A DNA stretch of 50,206 nt, taken from positions 1 to 50,206 of the forward strand of contig BTVV01000038.1 in NCBI GenBank assembly GCA_045863855.1, in the 5' to 3' direction. Position 1 is the stretch's first letter. Each line of letters starts with the position of its first letter. The notes beneath the pieces are model-generated. The model saw nothing but the letters and a program-made list of their open reading frames with translations. It was not told where the DNA came from and searched no databases. Source of the stretch: Planctomycetota bacterium (GTDB lineage: Bacteria; Planctomycetota; SZUA-567; H5-PLA8). This document shows positions 18,380 to 26,790 of this stretch, one piece after another. Both the position numbers and the translations under genes were made by a program.

Positions 18380-19567
18380 TTATCCCGTCCGCTCTTCCGA
18401 GTTACCTTGTTCTGGTTTCGGGTCTTCTTCGACAGGCGGATTCGTATCGACCTTTTCAATTACTTGAAGGTCCTTGTCTAGAAACAGGAGTTCGCCGTCT
18501 TTCTCGGGGACCACACCTTTTCGAATGCACAATTCCAATCGGTCGAAGCTTTCAGCGCCAATTTTCTTTGTTAATTCCTCAATAGTGGCTACATCACCAG
18601 TGCCATAAGCGATTGGAACCGGTGAGAAATCACCCCATCGCTCCAGGTGTTCGCCTTCTTGAAATCCAGCTACACAAGGTACCCGCGCCCCTATTCGGTG
18701 TTCATGACACGGCAGCGCAGAAACCGGCCATCGCTTGAGACCCCAACAATCAGGTCCGAGGCCGGTATTCATATTGGCCAATACCAGCAAATAGAACGGT
18801 TCTGTACTGGCGATGACTCCTGGGGTTAGCAATGCATTTTCGTAGATATCCGCTAAACGAGGTAAGAGCCAAAAGAGAAATCCCAAGGCGCCGAATCCAA
18901 TTAGTCCAACGACGCCCCCTAAAGCCCAACAAAGCCAACCTATTTTTGGGAGACCAGTTAAAGTCGATGTAGACATCCATACGCCTAGGTAAATGATTCC
19001 TGCCGCCAGCGGGGTGCAAATAAGAAAGCACTTTAGCAGTATCAATAAATCCGGATGATACCAAAGATACCGCAGGTAACTGGGACGTACATTGGGCGCA
19101 GAGGTGGAAAAGGAACCGTTTAGGACTTTTCCATCAGGCTCTGGAATTTGATCTGCATCCGCATGCTGTTCGAGTACTTCAGGACGCTTTAGATCGACCT
19201 TTAATATAGCCGGAATGGCGCGGAAAAAGGAATGGACGCCATCATCCAGCCCATTTTCCAATTGTTTGGAGACCTTTGCGAATGGGAAAGCTATATTGCC
19301 ATTCTCGAACGCTACACACCATCCATCCTCTCCATTCGTCCAGGAGCCGCCGTAACAATGTATGATGCATTCGCCTAGGTAGGAACCGAACGTATTCGTT
19401 AATGCATCCTTGGCGCCAGGTTCATCTAACTCCCCTGATTCCCGCAGGCGTTCGATGTATCCTTCAAGCCAGTGTACCGATTCGGCTGTATAACCGAACC
19501 GAATGGGGCAAATAGGGCGAAGATTTTCAATTACGAATTCGGCATTGGATTTAATTTTGTCTTTCAT
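18380..19567 (-). CDS. Low-GC two-domain membrane protein (C-terminal DUF3239-like), probably horizontally acquired
   Basis: 395-aa ORF; sampled 60-nt lines are 37-48% GC. N-terminal helical domain (FGSYLGECII...FPFAKVSKQLENG), two TMs, then PGVIAS...IGARVPCVAGF. Confidence 0.7.
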   Translation of the reverse strand: MKDKIKSNAEFVIENLRPICPIRFGYTAESVHWLEGYIERLRESGELDEPGAKDALTNTFGSYLGECIIHCYGGSWTNGEDGWCVAFENGNIAFPFAKVSKQLENGLDDGVHSFFRAIPAILKVDLKRPEVLEQHADADQIPEPDGKVLNGSFSTSAPNVRPSYLRYLWYHPDLLILLKCFLICTPLAAGIIYLGVWMSTSTLTGLPKIGWLCWALGGVVGLIGFGALGFLFWLLPRLADIYENALLTPGVIASTEPFYLLVLANMNTGLGPDCWGLKRWPVSALPCHEHRIGARVPCVAGFQEGEHLERWGDFSPVPIAYGTGDVATIEELTKKIGAESFDRLELCIRKGVVPEKDGELLFLDKDLQVIEKVDTNPPVEEDPKPEQGNSEERTG

Positions 19568-19719
19568 CGCATTGCGATCCTTAAATTGCGGAGAAGCTTG
19601 AAAGTCTATATCACATGGTATGTTTTTCCAGCATGGAATAGAAGGTCGTATGCGCGTTATCGGATTTAATTTAGTCTGTCCCTACCGGCAGGGGGGACGG
19701 GGGTTGGGTGGGGCGGCTG

Positions 19720-19769
19720 CCGCGGGGCGGACTTGCCCTGGGCTCACCCAAGTTGTGCCTTCGGCACAA
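19720..19769 (-). repeat. REP-like unit in inverted orientation to 18077-18121
   Basis: Reverse complement reads GTGCC-GAA-GGCAC, a 10-nt spacer, then AGCCCAGGGC...GCCCC. Same architecture as the left unit. Confidence 0.5.
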
Positions 19770-19860
19770 GGGTCGATGACGGAACGTTGGTTGAAGGGCG
19801 AGGGCGCGGGCACGGGCGCCGGTTGTTGGTTTGAGGATGGCGCTTGAGCCCGCGGTTGCG

Positions 19861-21237
19861 TCAGCGTTGCGGTTCTTGGGTGGAAGCCCAGCGGTCGACG
19901 ATGCCGGCGGCGACGGCGTCGTCCCATACGTTCACGGTGGTGCGGCAGCGGTCGAGGATCCAGTCGATGGAGAGGATCAGGCCGACGCCTTCGACGGGCA
20001 GGCCGGCGGCGACGAGGACGAGGATCATAGTGATCAGCCCGGCTTCGGGGATCGCGGCGGCGCCGATGGCGGCGAGAGTCGCGGAGACGAGGATCAGGAG
20101 CTGGTGGGCGAAGTCGAGTTCCACGCCGTAGGCTTGGGCGATGAAGAGCGCCGCGACGGCTTCGTACAGCGCGGTGCCGTTCATGTTCACGGTGGCGCCG
20201 AGGGGGACGACGAAGCCGACGGTTTTGGGGCTGACGCCGTTTTTTTCTTCCATGCAGCGGATGGTGACGGGAAGCGTTGCGGCGCTGGATGCGGTGGTGA
20301 AGGCCGTGAGCAGCGCTTCGCTCATGCCCACCGCGTACTTCCAGGGGTTCTTGCGGCCGATGAAATAGAGCAGCAGCGGCAGCGTGATCATGCCGTGAAT
20401 CAAAAGGCCCAGCACGACGGTGAGCGCATACCAGGCGAGGCGCTGGAGTTCGGCGCCGATGGCTCCGAAGCCGCCCAGCAGCCCGATGCGTTCGGCGACC
20501 AGGCCCATGATCCCCAAGGGCGCGAACCAGATGACGAGGTAAATGAACTGCATCAGCGCTTCGTTGAGCGTGCCGATGAGTTCGGTCACGCGCGCGCCGC
20601 GTTCGCCCATGCTGCCCAGGATGGCTCCGAAGAAGAGGCTGAACATGATCAGCCCCAGCACATTCATTTCCGCCGCCGCCTTGAAAAGGTTGGCGGGGAA
20701 CATGCCGCGGACGAGGTCGTAGACCTTGGTGACGGGCGGAGCTTTCTCGGCCTTGGCCTTGGCGGCGCGCTGGACGGAGGCCTCGTCGCGGAGTTCGGTG
20801 GAGGCCCCCTTGCCGGGCTGGATGACGTTGACCAAGGTCATGCCGGCGATCACCGCGAGGGTCATGGTCAGCAGAAAATAGAAGATCGTGTATCCGAAGA
20901 GGCGGCTCATGCGGCGCAGATCGCCCAGGCCGGCGACGGCGAACATGACGCTGAAGACGATGAGCGGAATGACGAGCATCTTCAGGAGGTTCATGAAGAT
21001 CTCGCCGAGCAGGTTGAAGGCTCCGGGGATGGCGACGACGGCGAAGGGTGCGCCGACGGCGCCTTCCGGCGAAGCGGTCCAGCGTTTGAGTTCGGCCCAG
21101 TGTCCGGCGAAGGCGCCGCCGAGGAGGGCGCCGAGCAGCGCACCGCCGAGCATCAGCCCCGGCAATAAGAACGGATGCGCGCGGCGTGCGCTTGCGGTCT
21201 CGGCGGCGGGTGCGGTTTGCGATTCGGCGGCGTTCAC
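19861..21237 (-). CDS. Dicarboxylate/amino acid:cation symporter (DAACS/GltP family)
   Basis: LLKMLVIPLI, AFTTASSAATLP, PLGATVNMNGTALYE and DRCRTTVNVWDD motifs. Confidence 0.95.
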   Translation of the reverse strand: MNAAESQTAPAAETASARRAHPFLLPGLMLGGALLGALLGGAFAGHWAELKRWTASPEGAVGAPFAVVAIPGAFNLLGEIFMNLLKMLVIPLIVFSVMFAVAGLGDLRRMSRLFGYTIFYFLLTMTLAVIAGMTLVNVIQPGKGASTELRDEASVQRAAKAKAEKAPPVTKVYDLVRGMFPANLFKAAAEMNVLGLIMFSLFFGAILGSMGERGARVTELIGTLNEALMQFIYLVIWFAPLGIMGLVAERIGLLGGFGAIGAELQRLAWYALTVVLGLLIHGMITLPLLLYFIGRKNPWKYAVGMSEALLTAFTTASSAATLPVTIRCMEEKNGVSPKTVGFVVPLGATVNMNGTALYEAVAALFIAQAYGVELDFAHQLLILVSATLAAIGAAAIPEAGLITMILVLVAAGLPVEGVGLILSIDWILDRCRTTVNVWDDAVAAGIVDRWASTQEPQR

Positions 21238-21532
21238 GACGCGACCTTACCGTAAAGTGCGGGGCGGAGGCAACCGGTTTCGCGGATGGGAAGTCCCGCG
21301 AATCCGGGCACGCGGGGCGTGGCGCTTGCGCCTGGATGCGCGCAGGCGTTCGGAGGTAGCGGAAAAGAAAACGCGGCCGCAGTCATTGACACGCCTGCTT
21401 GGCGGACGGATCGTGCGGGCCTTTGGCACTAGGCGTGGAGACGTGGAGCGTTGGTGGAGTGTCTGAGGTAGGGGTTGGACGCGGCGGCGGAACGCTTTTG
21501 AAAATGGTGCAAATAACCTTACGCTGACCGGC

Positions 21533-24109
21533 ATGGATTTGCGTAATCGATTGCATCCTGTGCTTCGTTTCAGCGCCTTCTTAATCTGCGCGCTCTTTGT
21601 ACTGCTCAGTTTGGGTTTATCGCTTCAACTAAACGTACATTCGATGGCGTGGCTGCTGGCGCTGTATGTTTCGGCCGGGCTTTTTATCTCGGCCTTGCGC
21701 GGCTTGCGGGCTTCACCCATTCGGGAGGCTTACTGCTTCTACCTCGGGATGCTGGTCCTCTATCTGCTTTGCGTCTGGCTGCTTCACTTCAGCGTGCCGG
21801 GTCCGTATCCGGACCTCGCGAAGAACCATGCCGCGGCATGGGCGCTGGTATTTTATCCGGGGGTGATTTGTATCCCTATTTCGCACTATCATTTTGCGCG
21901 TCAATTTTCCGAATCGAAGTCCAGGGTGCTCTTATGGATCGAGTATCTCGGCTGGGCGGGCACGGTTCTGTTCATGGGGATGTTGTTCACGGGGCATTGG
22001 GTCAGCGACTATTTCTGGGCGAAATACACATGGGTGCCTAACCTCGATCAAGGATACGGGCAGTTTTTTTACTTCACGAGCTTCTACCTGACCCTGAGCG
22101 TCGCGGTGCCGCTGAGTCAGATATTTTTCACGCCCAACCGGAAGCGCCGACTCCAGCTCATTTATTATGTGGTGGGGGCCGCACCGGTCTGGTTCATGTG
22201 CTGGATAAATTTCCTAATCAGCTTTGGCCTGGATTTGTATCCGGCGGGCGGTGCGTTTTTCATCCTGCACGCGGTCATCATATCGTATGCGGTTTATAAG
22301 CATAAGTTGTTCGACGTATCCATCGTGATTCGAAAAGGGCTGGCTTATGCTGGCGTTTCGCTTTGCCTGGGCATGCTGTACGGCATGCTCCTGTGTATCC
22401 CGATCTTGACGAACCGCGCCGGTTTGTCCGATTTCGAGGTCCTCCCCAGCATCCTATTTGTCGTGGTGGCGGGGTTCCTCGCCGCTCCGCTGTTGGATCT
22501 CATCCAAGGTATGGTGGACCGGTTGTTTTTCCGTGAGTGGGTCGACCGGCAGGCGATCATGAGCGAGTTTGCCCGCCAGGCGTCGGTTACGCTGGATCTT
22601 TCCGCGGTCGCCCGTTTGCTGTGCCAAGCCGTCGGCCGCGGACTCAAAACCGCTCACGTGAAGCTGTATCTTTGCGACGTGCTTGGGTCGCATCCTAAAC
22701 TGTATGGCTATTTGGACGACGAGTTTCGTCCGGCACCGTGGCCCGATGGCGTTCCGTTGGCGCATAACGTCTGGAAAGCCGCAGGCGCGAGTACAGCACC
22801 GTACCTGGTTCGTCCTCCGGCGGCCGTGGGGTCGCCGCCGATTCAGTTCGGGACGCCGGAAAGCGCTCTGGCGATTCCGATTTACTTCCAGCAAGACCTT
22901 CTTGGCGTCTTGATGGCCGATCCGAAGCGCGCTGACGATCCTTATGAGGAAGGGGAGATACGCTGGGCCGAGGCGATGGCCGCGCAAGCCGCTCTGGCGC
23001 TGGGGAATGCGCGTTCGGTGGAGGACCTCAAGACGTTGCAATCACTGCAGCAACGGATTTTCGAGTCGCTGACGGCGGGCGTCATCCTGATGGATGAAAC
23101 TGGCTTGATCCTGCAGGCCAATCCTTCGGCGTTAAAATTGCTTACCGATTCCGACTCGCAGCCTGTAGCGGGGCTCCGCATGGGGGCGCTTGCTGGCGGT
23201 CCGTCCAGCTTGGCGGAGATGCTGCTGGCCTCCGTTCAACCGGTCCGGACGCTCAGCAATCAGGAAGTCCGGATCGGAGTGCCTCGCCATGCGGATCTGC
23301 TGGTGAGTCTTCGGGCCATCGAAATGCGGTCCGATAAGCAGGTTTTTCTCGCCATTTTACACGACATTACGGAACATAAACAGATGGAGGCATTGGCCCG
23401 GAAGCAGGAAAGTCTGGCCAAGGTCGGCGAGATGATTGCCAGCATCAATCACGAGATCAAAAATCTGGTCCAGCCGATCCAGTATCAGGTTAACGTGCTG
23501 TCGGAGGATGCATTCGAACAACCGAACCAGCGCCGGTTCTACGGCGTGATCAAGGCCCGCTTGGCGGCCATCCAGCATCTATTGGCTAATTTGCGGGATT
23601 TGTCGCGGCCGATGGAACTGCGCAAGCAGCGGATCGATCTTGCGAAGCTTTCGCTCTCGGTTTGGCGCGAGTTCGAGCAGGACGAGCATTTCGCGCGCAT
23701 TCGGTTCCACTCGGCGTTCGCCCCGGAGGCGCAATTCGTTCATGCGGACGGCCAATTGCTTATGCAGGTTCTCTACAATTTAATGAAGAACTCGGTGGAG
23801 GCCGTGAGCGCGGTCGCGGCCCCTGCCATTCAGGTGCATGCGGAGTTAAAGGGGCAGCAGGTACTGCTGGCGGTGGCGGATAACGGCCCAGGCATCGAGG
23901 CTTCCGCTTTGCCGCGGCTGTTCGAGCCCTTCTTTTCCACCAAGCGGGGCTCGGGTACGGGATTGGGACTTTCGATCTGCAAGAAAATCATAGAATCGCA
24001 CGGCGGCACGATGACGGCGACAAATGGGCCTGCAGGCGGCGCGGTCTTTGTCATCGCGCTGGACTCGAAATGGGAAGCGGCTTTGGAAGATGTTCGTGCG
24101 GCCGAGTAA
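21533..24109 (+). CDS. Sensor histidine kinase with multi-TM N-terminus, GAF-like and PAS domains
   Basis: Many N-terminal TMs, GAF-like LAIPI...LGVL, PAS GVILMDETGLILQANPSA, H-box INHEIKN, N-box QVLYNLMKNS, G-boxes DNGPGI, FEPFFSTK and GTGLGL. Confidence 0.92.
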   Translation: MDLRNRLHPVLRFSAFLICALFVLLSLGLSLQLNVHSMAWLLALYVSAGLFISALRGLRASPIREAYCFYLGMLVLYLLCVWLLHFSVPGPYPDLAKNHAAAWALVFYPGVICIPISHYHFARQFSESKSRVLLWIEYLGWAGTVLFMGMLFTGHWVSDYFWAKYTWVPNLDQGYGQFFYFTSFYLTLSVAVPLSQIFFTPNRKRRLQLIYYVVGAAPVWFMCWINFLISFGLDLYPAGGAFFILHAVIISYAVYKHKLFDVSIVIRKGLAYAGVSLCLGMLYGMLLCIPILTNRAGLSDFEVLPSILFVVVAGFLAAPLLDLIQGMVDRLFFREWVDRQAIMSEFARQASVTLDLSAVARLLCQAVGRGLKTAHVKLYLCDVLGSHPKLYGYLDDEFRPAPWPDGVPLAHNVWKAAGASTAPYLVRPPAAVGSPPIQFGTPESALAIPIYFQQDLLGVLMADPKRADDPYEEGEIRWAEAMAAQAALALGNARSVEDLKTLQSLQQRIFESLTAGVILMDETGLILQANPSALKLLTDSDSQPVAGLRMGALAGGPSSLAEMLLASVQPVRTLSNQEVRIGVPRHADLLVSLRAIEMRSDKQVFLAILHDITEHKQMEALARKQESLAKVGEMIASINHEIKNLVQPIQYQVNVLSEDAFEQPNQRRFYGVIKARLAAIQHLLANLRDLSRPMELRKQRIDLAKLSLSVWREFEQDEHFARIRFHSAFAPEAQFVHADGQLLMQVLYNLMKNSVEAVSAVAAPAIQVHAELKGQQVLLAVADNGPGIEASALPRLFEPFFSTKRGSGTGLGLSICKKIIESHGGTMTATNGPAGGAVFVIALDSKWEAALEDVRAAE

Positions 24110-24204
24110 GTTGCCCCCAGTCAGCCGCCAAGATTCCATGCGACGCACTCAGGAACTCGCTCCAACGCGGGACGGCGCCTCCCGTCCAGGCGCGCGCAGG
24201 CAGA

Positions 24205-25614
24205 TCACTCAATCGCGGCTGATTGGTCTTCGTCTGCATCGTCTATGCTGAACCTGGAGAGTCCGAAGCTTTTAATTCTGGTACGAACGGTATTGCGATG
24301 GCATTTCAGGATTTTCGCCGCTCGGGAATGATTGCCGTTGGACAGGCGCAAAGCCTTGATGAGTTCCCTTTTTTGAGCCTTTTCTTGCGGCGAAAGATCC
24401 GCAGCGTCGGGTTCGGCGCCGCAGGCCAGGAGATCGAGGGGGATGGCGGATTCTTCTATGACGGTCTGGCGCGGGTCCAGAAGCATGATGATGCCTTCAA
24501 GCAGGTTCTTGAGTTCTCGCACGTTTCCGGGCCAATCGTAGGTTTTGAACAATTGAAGCACTTCGTCGCTGGGCACGACGGAGGAGCGCCCCATTTCGCT
24601 CGAAAGTCTTTCGCAATAATGCGCGACCAGATAGGGAATATCCTCGGCTCTGGAGGAGAGGGGCGGAATCTCGATCGTTGCAACTCGAATGCGGTAATAG
24701 AGGTCTTCACGAAAGCGTCCGCATCTGACCTCTTCGCGCAGGTCCCGATTCGTGGCCAGGAGTATTCGCGCCGTGCATTCGCGCTCTTGGGTTTCGCCGA
24801 CCCGGTTATAGGTTTTGTATTCCAAGACCCGGAGGAGCGCCGCCTGCTGGGCGAGCGGCATTTCGCCAATCTCATCCAGGAATAACGTGCCTGTTCCGGC
24901 GGCTTCGAATTTTCCGCGCGCGTTCTCGAAGGCTCCGGTGAAGGCTCCCTTGCGATGCCCAAAGAGGGTCGATTCCACAAGGGAATCCGGAATGGCCGCG
25001 CAATTCACGACGATAAAGGGTTGGTCTCGCCGCTTGCCTTCGAAGTGAATCGCGCGCGCGACCAGTTCTTTTCCGGTGCCGCTTGCGCCTTCCACCAGCA
25101 CGCAGCCCTCCAGATCCGCCACGCGCGAAATGGTCTTGCGCACCGCGTTCATCGAAGCGCTTGGGCCTATCAAGCTGGACACGCTGTTCCTATCGGAAAG
25201 TTCGTGAACGAGCAGTTCGTGGGCGCTCTTCAAGCGTTGCAGTTGCAGGGCTTTCGCGATGCGGTTTGCCAGTTCCATGGGCGAGAAGGGTTTGGCGACG
25301 AAGTCGTACGCGCCCCACTTGATGGCTTCCACGATCTGCGTAACGTTTTCGGTCTGACTGCTCAGGACGATGATCTCGGCGTCGGGCCGTTCCTGGCGAA
25401 TGCGGCGCAGAAGGGCCAAATCCTGTGCGTCAGGGAATTTCAGGTCCAGTAAGACCAAGTTTACGGGCTGAGTGCTGAGGGTTTCCCACGTTTCTTTCGC
25501 GGTCCTCGAGTACAAGACGTTGTATTCGGGATTCTTGCCCAGCAGGTCGCCGAGGTCGTCTCGAATGAAGTCGTCGTCGTCCGCGACTAAAATCGTACTA
25601 GACGGCTTCGGCAT
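24205..25614 (-). CDS. Sigma-54-dependent response regulator (NtrC/AtoC type: REC-AAA+-Fis HTH)
   Basis: ILVADDD...LLDLKFPD receiver, GASGTGKE, GAFTGA, LFLDEIGE, WPGNVRELKN and a C-terminal HTH. Start placed at MPKPSS. Confidence 0.95.
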   Translation of the reverse strand: MPKPSSTILVADDDDFIRDDLGDLLGKNPEYNVLYSRTAKETWETLSTQPVNLVLLDLKFPDAQDLALLRRIRQERPDAEIIVLSSQTENVTQIVEAIKWGAYDFVAKPFSPMELANRIAKALQLQRLKSAHELLVHELSDRNSVSSLIGPSASMNAVRKTISRVADLEGCVLVEGASGTGKELVARAIHFEGKRRDQPFIVVNCAAIPDSLVESTLFGHRKGAFTGAFENARGKFEAAGTGTLFLDEIGEMPLAQQAALLRVLEYKTYNRVGETQERECTARILLATNRDLREEVRCGRFREDLYYRIRVATIEIPPLSSRAEDIPYLVAHYCERLSSEMGRSSVVPSDEVLQLFKTYDWPGNVRELKNLLEGIIMLLDPRQTVIEESAIPLDLLACGAEPDAADLSPQEKAQKRELIKALRLSNGNHSRAAKILKCHRNTVRTRIKSFGLSRFSIDDADEDQSAAIE

Positions 25615-25723
25615 GGTGGCGGGCTCCCCGGGGTTTGATTCAATGTAGCAGCTTTCCGCGGCAGAGGGTATAGGACAGACCGCGCTCCTGGCGCGGACTG
25701 CGATAAGGTACGGGAGGCTGTAA

Positions 25724-26518
25724 ATGCCGAAGATCGGTATACGCGAGGGGATGCTCACGAAGCGCGGTGCGGATTTCGTGGACGAGGCGGCGGCGCTGGG
25801 GAGCGGGGTGCTGGAGGCGCTGCTTCGTCCGGGCGAAGAGGCCGGGGCTTGGGGCGGCGCGGACGGTAGGGCGGAATACCGCGCGCGGGCGGAGCGGAGG
25901 GGACTGGCGATTTCGTCGATCTGTCTGGGCTTTTTGAATGCGCTGCCGCTGGGCGGACAGGGCGCTCGTTCGGAGCGCGGGCTCGCGTTACTGGAAGAAG
26001 GAATCGACTGGGCGGTGGAACTGGGGGCCGATGCGATCCTGGTTCCGTTCTTCGGGCTCGCGACGCTGCGCACGCCGGACGACGCGCAGCGGCTGGTCGC
26101 GCGGATTCGCCGTCTCGCGCCGAAGGCCGAAGCGGCCGGCGTGACGCTGGGGCTGGAGTCGACGCTGAGCGCGCACGCAGTGCTGGCGATCTTGGATGCG
26201 ATCGATTCGCCGCACGTGGGCTGCTATTGGGACACCGGGAATTCGGTGGCTCAAGGCGCCGATCCGGCGGAGGAGATTCGTTTGCTGGGCGCGCGGATCG
26301 TGCGTGTGCATCTGAAGGACCGAATGCGCTCGGGCGCGGACCGGATGCTAGGCGAAGGGCAGGTGAACTTTTCGCAGGTTGCGTTCGAATTGCGGCGAGC
26401 GGGCTATCGCGGGCCGCTGGTGCTGGAGACGCCGAAGGGTTCGGACGCGGTGGATGCCGCGCGGCGGAACTTGGCCTTCGCGCAGGGGATCTTCCAATCG
26501 GAGCGCTGCTTCCTGTAA
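25724..26518 (+). CDS. Sugar phosphate isomerase/epimerase (xylose isomerase-like TIM barrel)
   Basis: GVTLGLES, YWDTGN, VHLKD, LGEGQVNF and GYRGPLVLET motifs. Confidence 0.88.
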   Translation: MPKIGIREGMLTKRGADFVDEAAALGSGVLEALLRPGEEAGAWGGADGRAEYRARAERRGLAISSICLGFLNALPLGGQGARSERGLALLEEGIDWAVELGADAILVPFFGLATLRTPDDAQRLVARIRRLAPKAEAAGVTLGLESTLSAHAVLAILDAIDSPHVGCYWDTGNSVAQGADPAEEIRLLGARIVRVHLKDRMRSGADRMLGEGQVNFSQVAFELRRAGYRGPLVLETPKGSDAVDAARRNLAFAQGIFQSERCFL

Positions 26519-26790
26519 GCGGTTGCACGTGTGGCAGCGCGAAATTGATTGTAATTTACAGGGCCGGGCGGGCGTGGCGTGGGGCCGGTCGTTCTTATAA
26601 AATTTTTGCTTCATGGTGTTTGCGCTGGGAATTCTGTAGCTCTGTGTGGCTTCTTTTCTTTCCTCTATTTTCAGGCTGTATTCGCCGCAGGCGTGTAAAT
26701 ACCGGAGCGGTTAAATGCGCCGCGCGCGCGGGCGTTGGTGTAGCAAGGGGCGGGTGAGGCTTGTACGAGCAGCAAAAGGGAGAAGCCGCA

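Noticed and set aside
17480..18380. Small ORFs in the parS gap, and the alternative reading as the replication terminus
   Set aside because: The ORFs are short, mutually overlapping and motif-free. The skew direction (C-rich to G-rich) and parS fit an origin, and no dif-like site was seen.
18224..18380. Integron attC site downstream of the low-GC gene
   Set aside because: No convincing RYYYAAC...GTTRRRY-bounded imperfect palindrome, and no integrase.
21423..21439. TTGGCAC as a sigma-54 promoter upstream of the kinase
   Set aside because: The -24 element is good but the -12 position reads GG instead of GC.
25615..26073. Long N-terminal extension of the NtrC-type ORF (likewise for rlmN, the ABC ATPase and REC 45101)
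   Set aside because: The extensions overlap neighbouring genes and are low-complexity. Internal ATGs at the domain boundary are more plausible starts.
26600..26670. T-rich, weakly periodic tract
   Set aside because: Too degenerate to define a repeat unit or a terminator stem.
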